From the IMG/VR virus record IMGVR_UViG_644736364_000004: DNA of 41,621 nt. One strand, given 5' to 3'. The DNA comes from a virus. Taxonomy: Duplodnaviria; Heunggongvirae; Uroviricota; Caudoviricetes. The translations under genes were made by a program, and so were the position numbers. Positions 17,882 through 27,552 of the stretch are shown piece by piece (positions within the stretch are counted from its first letter, which is position 1; each line of letters opens with the position of its first letter). The notes below the pieces were generated by a model. It did not search any database. It was not told where the DNA came from and was given only the letters and a program-made list of their open reading frames with translations.

Positions 17882-18175
17882 TTATTGTGAGCAATACACA
17901 CGCGCTTCCAGCGGAGTATAAATGCCTAAAGTAATAAAACCGAGCAATCCATTTACGAATGTTTGCTGGGTTTCTGTTTTAACAACATTTTCTGCACCAC
18001 CACAAATTTTTGCTGCATCGACAGTTTTCTTCTGCCCAATTCCCGAAACGAAGAAATGATGGGTGATGGTTTCCTTTGGTGTTACTGCTGTAGGTTTGTT
18101 TCCAACAGTAAACGTCTGTTGAGCACATCCTGTAATAAGCATTGCCAGAGCGGCAGAAAACAACATTTTTTTCAT
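17882..18175 (-). CDS. bor: Bor lipoprotein (serum-resistance type), 97 aa
   Basis: From the ATG at 18175: MKKMLFSAALAMLITGCAQQTFTVGNKPTAVTPKETITHHFF… matches lambda Bor; lipobox LITGC. Confidence 0.85.
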   Translation of the reverse strand: MKKMLFSAALAMLITGCAQQTFTVGNKPTAVTPKETITHHFFVSGIGQKKTVDAAKICGGAENVVKTETQQTFVNGLLGFITLGIYTPLEARVYCSQ

Positions 18176-18655
18176 CTTATTATCCTGCATTGTTAAAAAC
18201 GGCAGAATCCTATGTGACAACAATTAAACGATAGTTAAATGGATTGATGAAAATTAAAACTACACAGGTGGGCTCAGACTATTGGAGGAAGTTGGGGACA
18301 CTCAGAATCCTGTGGAATGAAATAAACCGGTCTATCCGTCCATTACCCTTTTAGCTGCGCTGTATCGTCGCCGTATTCCCGCATTAACCATGACCGTAGC
18401 CCGACGGGGAATTCCTTCTGCGTGAGTGTGCGGGAATAATTAAAAACGATGCACACCGGGTTTTTACCGCGTTAATGATTCGCGGGTTTATCCCGGTGCG
18501 ATGGTGGAAGAAACAGGAAGCTGTATTACAGAAAGTGCTACTACTGTATCCCGATGCGATGTATGTAATGTGAGTCAGATAATGGCACAGGATGTGGTGA
18601 TGTGGCAGTCTGGAACACAGGATATATTGTCAGAATAAGACCCGTAGGAATAAAA

Positions 18656-18982
18656 ATGAAAAGACGCCTTTTACTACTTTTTCTGTTATCTGTCCTGGCA
18701 GTGGGATGCTCGCAGCAAAAAGCTGATGAGCCCCGGCAATTAGTGACGGTGTATCCACGATATCCGGAATATGCTGCAGCAAATTATATCAAGGGGCTGG
18801 TTGAGGTTAAGTTCGATATTGGTGCTGATGGGACTGTGACACGGATCGTTTTTCTCCGCTCAGAGCCTCATAATTTGTTTCGTGATGAAGTGGTGAAGGC
18901 CATGGCGAAATGGCGATTTGAAAAGAATCGCCCCTGTCAGGGAGTGAAGAGACAATTTATCTTTACGCCGTCACGTCCTTGA
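18656..18982 (+). CDS. Putative envelope lipoprotein with TonB C-terminal-like domain, 108 aa
   Basis: ATG at 18656 preceded by AGGA; signal peptide with lipobox (LAVGCSQ). The TonB-C-like call is by eye. Confidence 0.5.
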   Translation: MKRRLLLLFLLSVLAVGCSQQKADEPRQLVTVYPRYPEYAAANYIKGLVEVKFDIGADGTVTRIVFLRSEPHNLFRDEVVKAMAKWRFEKNRPCQGVKRQFIFTPSRP

Positions 18983-19345
18983 TGCTTCCAGGTAGAGAGG
19001 GGCTGGAAGCAGGAGAAAAATGAAAGAGCCAGCGGTTATATTTTTGTCATGGCTGACGAGGAATGATGGAAGAAGGCGTTGTATGCCACACAACGCCTCA
19101 CTGTTCATTTCTTCTTTTTCTCTGGTGGAACCCGATGAATAAGAGTTGCACTGGTTTCCGATGAGATGGCGATATACTCGGGCAAAGTATGCTGGCAGTT
19201 TTCCAACTGGTCAAAAATACCTGCTCTCGTCTGTTGCAATGCCTGCAGCATGCGGCGGCAATGCGCCTTGCTTTTACTAACCATCTTTCCTTCCTCTATC
19301 AGTCGCTGCGTGAACTCATCATGGAATACCAGGTAAATGCGGATG

Positions 19346-19594
19346 TTATCGGTTTTGGCTACGCAGCATAGTACAAAACGGACAGGTGCATCCCGGGACG
19401 GGGGAGGCGTCACATGTCCCTGTGATGGTTGTTCCGGGTAATGTACTGTGTGGGGCATAAAAATGTCCGATAATTTTACTTTCTACCGCAGTTAGTTGAT
19501 TCGTTGGTCCTGGTAGCACATTGGGCGAGGATTTAAATGCCAGGCAACTGAAGGATGATGTCGCAAGGGAGATAGCGAGAATATTTCTGATTTT
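19346..19594 (-). CDS. Small hypothetical secreted protein, 82 aa
   Basis: In-frame ATG at 19594 gives signal-peptide-like MKIRNILAISLATSSFSCLA; overlaps another minus-strand ORF (19105-19458), so the gene model is uncertain. Confidence 0.3.
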   Translation of the reverse strand, partial: KIRNILAISLATSSFSCLAFKSSPNVLPGPTNQLTAVESKIIGHFYAPHSTLPGTTITGTCDASPVPGCTCPFCTMLRSQNR

Positions 19595-19745
19595 CATTTG
19601 ATGATGCCTCTGTGTGAAATGACGGTAAACGACGCACTTGTGCCGGCACATAATAGCAAGCACCATAATAGATCAGATTCGATTCTTGCTGTAAGTGATA
19701 ATTATTCTCGTTTTCGGGTCCTTTCCGTCGATCCAACAGGTTACG

Positions 19746-19757
19746 GGGCGGCGACCT
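19746..19757 (+). other. cos: cosN: 12-nt cohesive-end sequence GGGCGGCGACCT
   Basis: Sequence …CAGGTTACG|GGGCGGCGACCTCGCGGTTTTTCACTATTTATGAAAATTTT… matches the lambda cos junction as recalled; about 180 bp upstream of the terminase small-subunit gene. Confidence 0.65.
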
Positions 19758-19794
19758 CGCGGTTTTTCACTATTTATGAAAATTTTTCAGGGAA

Positions 19795-19920
19795 AATCGT
19801 GTCGGTACTTCTCGAATATAACTTTTTGTTTTTTTTAATATTGCATCCGTAAAGGTCCGACATGAAAGTGTCCGAAAATGCCTTTTTCTGGCGTTTTCAT
19901 GTCGGGCCTTGTATTTGATA
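19795..19920. promoter_or_regulatory. cosB-like region with repeated terminase-binding candidates
   Basis: Repeats GTCCGACATGAAA (19855-19867) and its near inverse TTTCATGTCGGGC (19895-19907), plus GTCGGTAC at 19801; these differ from the lambda R-site consensus. Confidence 0.4.
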
Positions 19921-19933
19921 ATGGGTTGTTTTC

Positions 19934-20482
19934 ATGAAGGTTAATAAAAAGAGGCTTGCCGAAATTTTCAACGTGGACCCGCGGACGATTGAACGCTGGC
20001 AGTCTCAGGGACTCCCTTGCGCCTCCAAAGGTAGTAAGGGCATTGAATCTGTATTTGATACTGCCATGGCAATTCAGTGGTATGCGCAGAGGGAAACTGA
20101 TATCGAAAACGAAAAGCTCCGCAAAGAACTGGCCGATTTGCGTGCGGCAGCGGAGTCAGATTTACAACCCGGCACCATTGACTATGAACGCTACCGGCTC
20201 ACAAAAGCGCAGGCAGATGCGCAGGAACTGAAAAATGCCCGTGAAGACGGAGTAGTGCTGGAAACTGAACTGTTTACCTTCATTCTGCAACGTGTGGCAC
20301 AGGAGATTTCGGGGATACTTGTGCGTGTGCCGTTGACATTACAGCGTAAATATCCGGACATTTCACCATCACACCTTGATGTGGTGAAAACTGAAATCGC
20401 GAAAGCCTCCAATGTTGCAGCTAAGGCCGGTGAAAACGTGGGCGGGTGGATCGATGATTTCAGACGCGCAGAAGGCAGCTAA
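19934..20482 (+). CDS. nu1: Terminase small subunit (Nu1 / phage-21 gp1 type), 182 aa
   Basis: [28 protein letters not shown]… aligns with lambda Nu1 (MEVNKKQLADIF…) with clear divergence. Confidence 0.9.
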   Translation: MKVNKKRLAEIFNVDPRTIERWQSQGLPCASKGSKGIESVFDTAMAIQWYAQRETDIENEKLRKELADLRAAAESDLQPGTIDYERYRLTKAQADAQELKNAREDGVVLETELFTFILQRVAQEISGILVRVPLTLQRKYPDISPSHLDVVKTEIAKASNVAAKAGENVGGWIDDFRRAEGS

Positions 20483-22382
20483 TGCAGCCGGTGCGATAGC
20501 TACAGGGCTTTTATCTCTCATTATTCCTGTTCCACTGACGACAGTTCAGTGGGCCAATAAACATTATTACCTTCCTAAAGAGTCGTCTTATACCCCGGGG
20601 CGATGGGAAACACTGCCGTTTCAGGTTGGCATCATGAACTGTATGGGCAACGATCTGATTCGCACGGTTAACCTGATTAAATCTGCCCGTGTTGGTTATA
20701 CAAAGATGTTGCTGGGAGTGGAGGCTTATTTTATTGAGCATAAATCACGCAACAGCCTTCTTTTTCAGCCCACGGACTCAGCTGCTGAAGATTTTATGAA
20801 ATCTCATGTTGAGCCAACGATAAGGGATGTTCCTGCATTGCTGGAGCTGGCTCCATGGTTCGGAAGAAAACACCGCGATAATACGCTCACCCTGAAGCGT
20901 TTTTCCTCCGGTGTGGGGTTCTGGTGTCTGGGTGGTGCGGCAGCAAAAAACTACCGTGAAAAATCCGTGGATGTGGTCTGTTATGACGAGCTTTCCTCGT
21001 TCGAACCGGATGTTGAAAAAGAGGGTTCGCCAACCCTGCTGGGGGATAAACGTATTGAGGGCTCTGTATGGCCAAAATCCATTCGCGGCTCGACGCCTAA
21101 AATCAAAGGCTCCTGCCAGATCGAAAAAGCCGCTAACGAGTCGGCACACTTCATGCGTTTTTATGTGCCCTGTCCGCACTGTGGGGAGGAGCAGTATCTG
21201 AAATTTGGCGATGATGCCTCGCCTTTCGGTCTTAAGTGGGAGAAGAATAAGCCAGAAAGTGTTTTCTACCTTTGTGAGCATCATGGCTGTGTGATCCATC
21301 AGTCTGAGCTTGACCAGAGTAACGGGCGGTGGATCTGTGAAAACACGGGCATGTGGACCCGTGACGGCCTGATGTTTTTCAGCGCCCGGGGTGATGAAAT
21401 TCCGCCGCCGCGCTCCATCACTTTCCATATCTGGACGGCGTACAGTCCGTTCACCACCTGGGTACAGATTGTCTATGACTGGCTGGATGCACTGAAAGAT
21501 CCCAACGGCCTGAAAACCTTTGTGAACACCACGCTGGGCGAGACCTGGGAAGAGGCTGTGGGCGAAAAACTCGATCACCAGGTGCTGATGGATAAGGTTG
21601 TGCGTTACACGGCGGCGGTGCCTGCCCGGGTGGTTTATCTGACGGCGGGCATTGACTCGCAGCGAAACCGTTTTGAGATGTATGTCTGGGGATGGGCTCC
21701 GGGAGAGGAAGCCTTTCTGGTGGATAAAATCATCATTATGGGGCGTCCCGATGAGGAAGAGACGCTGTTACGTGTGGATGCGGCGATCAACAAAAAATAC
21801 CGCCATGCAGACGGAACCGAAATGACCATTTCCCGTGTCTGCTGGGACATCGGGGGGATCGATGGCGAAATCGTTTATCAGAGGTCAAAAAAACACGGTG
21901 TTTTCCGGGTGCTGCCGGTAAAAGGCGCATCTGTCTATGGCAAGCCGGTGATCACCATGCCAAAAACCCGCAATCAGCGGGGCGTGTATCTGTGTGAAGT
22001 GGGGACGGACACCGCAAAAGAAATTCTCTATGCCCGTATGAAAGCCGATCCCACGCCTGTGGATGAAGCCACGTCGTATGCTATCCGTTTTCCTGATGAT
22101 CCGGAGATTTTTTCGCAGACAGAGGCGCAGCAACTGGTCGCGGAAGAGCTTGTGGAGAAGTGGGAAAAAGGAAAGATGCGTCTGCTGTGGGATAACAAAA
22201 AGCGGCGTAACGAAGCGCTGGACTGCCTGGTGTATGCCTACGCGGCATTACGTGTGTCCGTGCAACGCTGGCAGCTTGATCTGGCTGTACTGGCAAAATC
22301 CCGGGAAGAAGAGACGACCCGGCCAACCCTTAAAGAACTGGCAGCGAAGCTGTCCGGAGGAGTGAATGGTTACAGTCGCTGA
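20454..22382 (+). CDS. A: Terminase large subunit (gpA)
   Basis: …[27 protein letters not shown]… and the rest align with lambda gpA; start chosen at the ATG at 20454 (alternative ATG at 20412); overlaps the nu1 3' end. Confidence 0.9.
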   Translation: MISDAQKAANAAGAIATGLLSLIIPVPLTTVQWANKHYYLPKESSYTPGRWETLPFQVGIMNCMGNDLIRTVNLIKSARVGYTKMLLGVEAYFIEHKSRNSLLFQPTDSAAEDFMKSHVEPTIRDVPALLELAPWFGRKHRDNTLTLKRFSSGVGFWCLGGAAAKNYREKSVDVVCYDELSSFEPDVEKEGSPTLLGDKRIEGSVWPKSIRGSTPKIKGSCQIEKAANESAHFMRFYVPCPHCGEEQYLKFGDDASPFGLKWEKNKPESVFYLCEHHGCVIHQSELDQSNGRWICENTGMWTRDGLMFFSARGDEIPPPRSITFHIWTAYSPFTTWVQIVYDWLDALKDPNGLKTFVNTTLGETWEEAVGEKLDHQVLMDKVVRYTAAVPARVVYLTAGIDSQRNRFEMYVWGWAPGEEAFLVDKIIIMGRPDEEETLLRVDAAINKKYRHADGTEMTISRVCWDIGGIDGEIVYQRSKKHGVFRVLPVKGASVYGKPVITMPKTRNQRGVYLCEVGTDTAKEILYARMKADPTPVDEATSYAIRFPDDPEIFSQTEAQQLVAEELVEKWEKGKMRLLWDNKKRRNEALDCLVYAYAALRVSVQRWQLDLAVLAKSREEETTRPTLKELAAKLSGGVNGYSR

Positions 22383-22572
22383 ACTGCAGGCGCTGCGTCA
22401 GGCGCGCCTTGATTTATTAACCGGTAAACGGGTGGTGTCTGTCCAGAAAGATGGTCGCAGAATTGAATATACGGCGGCTTCTCTGGATGAGCTTAACCGG
22501 GCGATCAATGATGCGGAGTCGGTACTGGGGACAACCCGGTGTCGCCGTCGTCCGCTGGGAGTGAGGTTATGA
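22366..22572 (+). CDS. W: Head-tail joining protein W, 68 aa
   Basis: [43 protein letters not shown]… resembles lambda gpW. Confidence 0.8.
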   Translation: MVTVAELQALRQARLDLLTGKRVVSVQKDGRRIEYTAASLDELNRAINDAESVLGTTRCRRRPLGVRL

Positions 22573-24161
22573 AACGAACGCCTGTCCTGATTGATGTGAA
22601 CGGCGTTCCGCTTCGTGAGAGTCTCAGCTACAACGGGGGCGGTGCAGGATTTGGCGGGCAAATGGCTGAGTGGTTGCCACCGGCGCAGAGTGCCGATGCG
22701 GCCCTGCTGCCCGCGTTGCGTCTGGGGAATGCCCGGGCAGATGATCTGGTGCGCAATAACGGAATAGCGGCTAATGCGGTGGCTCTGCATAAGGATCACA
22801 TTGTCGGGCATATGTTTCTGATCAGCTACCGTCCGAACTGGCGCTGGCTGGGGATGCGGGAGACCGCAGCAAAAAGCTTTGTCGATGAGGTGGAGGCGGC
22901 CTGGTCGGAATACGCCGAAGGGATGTTTGGCGAGATCGACGTGGAAGGAAAACGCACGTTCACGGAATTTATCCGTGAAGGTGTGGGCGTTCATGCGTTT
23001 AACGGCGAAATCTTTGTGCAGCCGGTCTGGGATACGGAAACCACGCAGTTATTCCGTACGCGTTTTAAAGCCGTGAGTCCGAAACGGGTGGACACGCCTG
23101 GACACGGTATGGGGAACCGTTTTCTGCGGGCCGGTGTGGAGGTCGATCGATATGGCCGTGCCGTCGCGTACCATATCTGTGAGGATGATTTTCCGTTCTC
23201 TGGTAGTGGACGATGGGAACGGATCCCGCGTGAACTTCCCACCGGGCGTCCGGCCATGCTGCATATTTTCGAGCCGGTGGAGGACGGGCAGACCCGTGGG
23301 GCTAATCAGTTTTACAGCGTCATGGAACGGCTGAAGATGCTCGATTCCCTGCAGGCAACACAGCTTCAGTCGGCCATAGTGAAGGCGATGTATGCAGCGA
23401 CGATTGAAAGTGAACTTGATACCGAAAAGGCCTTTGAATATATCGCCGGCGCGCCACAGGAGCAGAAGGATAATCCGCTTATTAATATTCTGGAGAAGTT
23501 TTCCAGCTGGTATGACACGAATAACGTGACACTGGGCGGTGTCAAAATTCCGCACCTTTTCCCTGGTGATGATCTGAAACTACAGACTGCGCAGGATTCA
23601 GACAATGGATTTTCTGCGCTTGAACAGGCGCTGCTGCGGTATATCGCCGCCGGTCTTGGCGTTTCCTACGAACAGTTGTCCCGTGATTACTCGAAGGTCA
23701 GTTACTCAAGTGCCCGCGCCTCCGCCAATGAGTCGTGGCGCTATTTTATGGGGCGGCGAAAATTTATTGCGGCCCGGCTGGCCACGCAGATGTTTTCCTG
23801 CTGGCTGGAAGAGGCACTTCTTCGGGGGATTATTCGTCCGCCACGGGCACGTTTTGATTTTTATCAGGCGCGATCAGCCTGGTCACGGGCAGAGTGGATT
23901 GGTGCCGGAAGAATGGCCATTGACGGGCTCAAGGAAGTCCAGGAATCAGTGATGCGCATTGAGGCCGGACTGAGCACGTATGAGAAAGAGCTGGCGCTGA
24001 TGGGCGAGGATTATCAGGACATTTTCCGCCAGCAGGTCAGGGAATCTGCTGAGCGGCAAAAAGCCGGACTCTCACGTCCGGTGTGGATAGAGCAGGCGTA
24101 TCAGCAGCAGATAGCGGAGAGTCGCAGGCCGGAAGAGGAGACAACACCACGTGAGACGTAA
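22569..24161 (+). CDS. B: Portal protein (gpB)
   Basis: From MKRTPVLIDVNGVPLRESLSYNGGGAGFGGQMAEWLPPAQSADAALLPALRLGN… onward matches lambda gpB. Confidence 0.9.
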   Translation: MKRTPVLIDVNGVPLRESLSYNGGGAGFGGQMAEWLPPAQSADAALLPALRLGNARADDLVRNNGIAANAVALHKDHIVGHMFLISYRPNWRWLGMRETAAKSFVDEVEAAWSEYAEGMFGEIDVEGKRTFTEFIREGVGVHAFNGEIFVQPVWDTETTQLFRTRFKAVSPKRVDTPGHGMGNRFLRAGVEVDRYGRAVAYHICEDDFPFSGSGRWERIPRELPTGRPAMLHIFEPVEDGQTRGANQFYSVMERLKMLDSLQATQLQSAIVKAMYAATIESELDTEKAFEYIAGAPQEQKDNPLINILEKFSSWYDTNNVTLGGVKIPHLFPGDDLKLQTAQDSDNGFSALEQALLRYIAAGLGVSYEQLSRDYSKVSYSSARASANESWRYFMGRRKFIAARLATQMFSCWLEEALLRGIIRPPRARFDFYQARSAWSRAEWIGAGRMAIDGLKEVQESVMRIEAGLSTYEKELALMGEDYQDIFRQQVRESAERQKAGLSRPVWIEQAYQQQIAESRRPEEETTPRET

Positions 24162-25656
24162 TCTTTCACACATTATTGCCGCAGCATTCAATGAACCGCT
24201 GCTTCTGGAGCCCGCCTATGCGCGGGTTTTCTTTTGCGCGCTCGGGCGCGAGATGGGGGCAGCAAGTCTTTCGGTACCACAACAGCAGGTACAGTTTGAT
24301 GCTCCCGGAATGCTGGCTGAAACGGACGAGTACATGGCCGGAGGTAAACGACCGGCCCGTGTTTACCGGGTGGTGAACGGTATTGCTGTACTGCCGGTGA
24401 CCGGCACGCTGGTGCACCGGCTGGGTGGTATGCGGCCATTTTCCGGAATGACAGGCTATGACGGCATTGTCGCCTGTCTTCAGCAGGCAATGGCGGATAG
24501 CCAGGTGCGGGGCGTACTGCTGGACATTGACAGTCCGGGCGGGCAGGCCGCCGGCGCGTTTGACTGCGCTGACATGATTTACCGCCTCCGTCAGCAGAAG
24601 CCGGTCTGGGCACTGTGCAATGACACGGCCTGTTCTGCAGCCATGCTGCTGGCGTCGGCCTGCTCCCGACGGCTGGTTACCCAGACATCCCGTATCGGCT
24701 CCATTGGCGTGATGATGAGCCATGTCAGCTATGCCGGTCATCTGGCGCAGGCCGGTGTGGATATCACGCTGATTTACTCAGGGGCGCACAAGGTGGATGG
24801 CAATCAGTTTGAAGCGTTGCCGGCAGAGGTTCGCCAGGACATGCAGCAGCGGATTGATGCGGCGCGCCGGATGTTTGCCGAAAAAGTGGCGATGTATACC
24901 GGTCTGTCTGTTGATGCCGTCACGGGAACAGAGGCTGCCGTTTTTGAAGGTCAGTCCGGCATTGAGGCCGGGCTGGCGGATGAATTAATCAATGCGTCGG
25001 ATGCCATCAGTGTGATGGCCACGGCGCTGAACAGTAATGTCAGAGGAGGCACTATGCCGCAATTAACTGCAACGGAAGCCGCCGCGCAGGAGAACCAGCG
25101 AGTGATGGGGATCCTGACATGCCAGGAAGCGAAAGGACGTGAACAGCTTGCCACGATGCTGGCAGGACAACAGGGCATGAGCGTTGAACAGGCCCGGGCG
25201 ATTCTGGCCGCGGCGGCACCGCAGCAGCCGGTGGCATCCACGCAGAGTGAAGCCGATCGCATTATGGTGTGTGAAGAAGCGAACGGTCGTGAACAACTGG
25301 CGGCAACGCTGGCGGCGATGCCGGAGATGACGGTGGAAAAAGCCCGCCCGATCCTGGCTGCTTCACCGCAGGCGGATGCCGGACCATCACTCCGTGATCA
25401 GATCATGGCACTGGATGAGGCAAAAGGGGCTGAGGCGCAGGCTGAACAGCTGGCTGCCTGCCCGGGAATGACAGTGGAGAGCGCCCGGGCTGTGCTGGCT
25501 GCGGGATCAGGTAAGGCAGAACCGGTCTCTGCATCCACAACCGCCATGTTTGAACATTTCATGGCGAACCATTCACCGGCAGCGGTACAGGGTGGCGTGG
25601 CACAGACGTCAGCAGACGGTGATGCGGACGTGAAAATGCTCATGGCCATGCCATGA
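24151..25656 (+). CDS. C: Head maturation protease/scaffold gpC (S49 family), 501 aa
   Basis: Homology to lambda gpC throughout; apparent GTG start overlapping the B stop; longer than lambda C because of an internal triplication. Confidence 0.85.
   Translation: MRRNLSHIIAAAFNEPLLLEPAYARVFFCALGREMGAASLSVPQQQVQFDAPGMLAETDEYMAGGKRPARVYRVVNGIAVLPVTGTLVHRLGGMRPFSGMTGYDGIVACLQQAMADSQVRGVLLDIDSPGGQAAGAFDCADMIYRLRQQKPVWALCNDTACSAAMLLASACSRRLVTQTSRIGSIGVMMSHVSYAGHLAQAGVDITLIYSGAHKVDGNQFEALPAEVRQDMQQRIDAARRMFAEKVAMYTGLSVDAVTGTEAAVFEGQSGIEAGLADELINASDAISVMATALNSNVRGGTMPQLTATEAAAQENQRVMGILTCQEAKGREQLATMLAGQQGMSVEQARAILAAAAPQQPVASTQSEADRIMVCEEANGREQLAATLAAMPEMTVEKARPILAASPQADAGPSLRDQIMALDEAKGAEAQAEQLAACPGMTVESARAVLAAGSGKAEPVSASTTAMFEHFMANHSPAAVQGGVAQTSADGDADVKMLMAMP
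25054..25656 (+). CDS. nu3: Nu3-like scaffold protein, in-frame nested start within C
   Basis: In-frame ATG at 25054 preceded by AGAGGAGG with 4-nt spacing; lambda makes Nu3 from an in-frame internal start in C. Confidence 0.4.
   Translation: MPQLTATEAAAQENQRVMGILTCQEAKGREQLATMLAGQQGMSVEQARAILAAAAPQQPVASTQSEADRIMVCEEANGREQLAATLAAMPEMTVEKARPILAASPQADAGPSLRDQIMALDEAKGAEAQAEQLAACPGMTVESARAVLAAGSGKAEPVSASTTAMFEHFMANHSPAAVQGGVAQTSADGDADVKMLMAMP
25102..25512 (+). repeat. Three imperfect tandem coding repeats (~40 residues each) within C/Nu3
   Basis: Copies VMGILTCQEAKGREQLATMLAGQQGMSVEQARAILAAAAP / RIMVCEEANGREQLAATLAAMPEMTVEKARPILAASPQAD / QIMALDEAKGAEAQAEQLAACPGMTVESARAVLAAGSG at residues 318-357, 370-409 and 417-454. 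Confidence 0.6.
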
Positions 25657-25692
25657 AGTCAGTGCTGACCATCAATAGGAGGTTTTTACAAT

Positions 25693-26040
25693 ATGGTGAC
25701 GAAAACCATCACTGAACAGCGTGCGGAAGTACGTATTTTTGCCGGTAATGATCCGGCTCATACCGCCACAGGCAGCAGCGGGATTTCCTCGCCAACACCG
25801 GCACTGACGCCCCTGATGCTGGATGAAGCCACCGGGAAACTGGTGGTCTGGGACGGACAGAAAGCCGGTAGTGCGGTTGGCATACTGGTACTGCCGCTTG
25901 AAGGCACAGAGACGGCGCTGACGTATTACAAGTCGGGAACCTTTGCGACGGAGGCAATCCACTGGCCTGAAAGTGTGGATGAACACAAAAAGGCCAACGC
26001 CTTTGCCGGCAGTGCCCTGAGTCACGCGGCGCTGCCGTAA
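25693..26040 (+). CDS. D: Head decoration protein D, 115 aa
   Basis: …DPAHTATGSSG…TPLMLDEATGKLVVWDG…TYYKSGTF… aligns with lambda gpD. Confidence 0.85.
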   Translation: MVTKTITEQRAEVRIFAGNDPAHTATGSSGISSPTPALTPLMLDEATGKLVVWDGQKAGSAVGILVLPLEGTETALTYYKSGTFATEAIHWPESVDEHKKANAFAGSALSHAALP

Positions 26041-26097
26041 CACGTTATCAGGCCACCGCGGTGGCCTGACTGATTTCTGAATGAAAGGAACTGATTT

Positions 26098-27126
26098 ATG
26101 GGATTGTTTACGACCCGCCAGTTACTCGGTTATACCGAACAAAAAGTTAAATTTCGTGCGCTGTTTCTGGAGCTGTTTTTCCGCCGTACGGTGAATTTCC
26201 ATACCGAAGAGGTGATGCTGGACAAAATTACCGGAAAAACGCCGGTGGCGGCCTATGTCTCCCCGGTTGTTGAAGGAAAAGTGCTGCGTCATCGTGGTGG
26301 TGAAACCCGCGTGTTGCGTCCGGGCTACGTCAAGCCGAAACACGAATTTAATTACCAGCAGGCGGTTGAGCGCCTTCCTGGTGAAGATCCATCTCAACTG
26401 AATGATCCGGCTTACCGCCGTCTGCGTATCATTACCGATAACCTCAAACAGGAAGAGCACGCGATTGTCCAGGTGGAAGAAATGCAGGCGGTAAATGCTG
26501 TGTTGTATGGCAAATACACCATGGAAGGAGACCAGTTCGAGAAAATTGAGGTCGATTTTGGCAGGTCGACGAAGAATAACATCACTCAGGGTAGTGGTAA
26601 GGAGTGGTCAAAACAGGATCGTGACACGTTCGATCCTACACATGATATTGACCTCTACTGCGACCAGGCCAGCGGTCTTGTGAATATTGCCATTATGGAC
26701 GGTACCGTCTGGCGTCTTCTGAATGGTTTTAAGCTGTTCCGCGAAAAACTGGATACCCGTCGCGGTTCAAATTCTCAACTCGAAACGGCAGTGAAAGATC
26801 TGGGCGCAGTGGTGTCCTTCAAGGGGTATTACGGCGATCTGGCCATTGTGGTGGCGAAAACGTCTTATATAGCAGAAGACGGTATCGAAAAACGTTATCT
26901 TCCAGATGGCATGCTGGTTCTGGGGAATACTGCTGCAGATGGGATCCGTTGTTACGGTGCCATTCAGGATGCTCAGGCGTTGTCCGAAGGTGTGGTGGCC
27001 TCTTCCCGTTATCCGAAACACTGGCTGACGGTAGGGGATCCCGCCCGTGAATTTACCATGACGCAGTCCGCGCCGCTGATGGTGTTGCCGGACCCGGATG
27101 AGTTTGTGGTGGTACAGGTGAAATAA
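26098..27126 (+). CDS. E: Major capsid protein E, 342 aa
   Basis: Strong similarity to lambda gpE over the full length (…GYVKPKHEFNYQQ… MQAVNAVLYGKYTMEGDQF… GSNSQLETAVKDLG…). Confidence 0.95.
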   Translation: MGLFTTRQLLGYTEQKVKFRALFLELFFRRTVNFHTEEVMLDKITGKTPVAAYVSPVVEGKVLRHRGGETRVLRPGYVKPKHEFNYQQAVERLPGEDPSQLNDPAYRRLRIITDNLKQEEHAIVQVEEMQAVNAVLYGKYTMEGDQFEKIEVDFGRSTKNNITQGSGKEWSKQDRDTFDPTHDIDLYCDQASGLVNIAIMDGTVWRLLNGFKLFREKLDTRRGSNSQLETAVKDLGAVVSFKGYYGDLAIVVAKTSYIAEDGIEKRYLPDGMLVLGNTAADGIRCYGAIQDAQALSEGVVASSRYPKHWLTVGDPAREFTMTQSAPLMVLPDPDEFVVVQVK

Positions 27127-27135
27127 TCCGTGAGC

Positions 27136-27164
27136 GGGGGCGAAATGCCCCCGTGTCTTTTTTC
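27136..27164 (+). terminator. Terminator-like hairpin after E
   Basis: Stem GGGGGC/GCCCCC with loop GAAAT, followed by GTGTCTTTTTTCAC. Confidence 0.4.
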
Positions 27165-27177
27165 ACAGGGGGCTGAT

Positions 27178-27552
27178 ATGGCAACGAAAGAGCAAAATCT
27201 GAAACGGCTTGATGAACTGGCCCTGATTCTGGGGCGTGAGCCGGATATATCCGGGAGTGCCGCAGAGATAGCGCAGCGGGTGGCAGAATGGGAAGAGGAA
27301 ATGCAGTCATCCGGCGATGATGTACAGGTTATGAATATGGATATCCGGGAGCGTGAAACCGCGGCTCATGATGTTCGTGAGGAAACATCCGGCGCGTTAA
27401 CGCGCATCAGAGTTCTGACCTGCCTCCATCTCTGTGGCGTTGATGGTGAAACGGGGGAATCCGTTGAGCTTGCGGATGTTGGTCGGGTGATTCTGATTAT
27501 GTCCTCAGATGCAAAAACACACGTTGATGGTGGAATGGCTGTTTATGCGTGA
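27178..27552 (+). CDS. FI: FI-like DNA-packaging accessory protein
   Basis: Position between E and FII; ATG at 27178; acidic central region. Diverged from lambda FI. Confidence 0.7.
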   Translation: MATKEQNLKRLDELALILGREPDISGSAAEIAQRVAEWEEEMQSSGDDVQVMNMDIRERETAAHDVREETSGALTRIRVLTCLHLCGVDGETGESVELADVGRVILIMSSDAKTHVDGGMAVYA

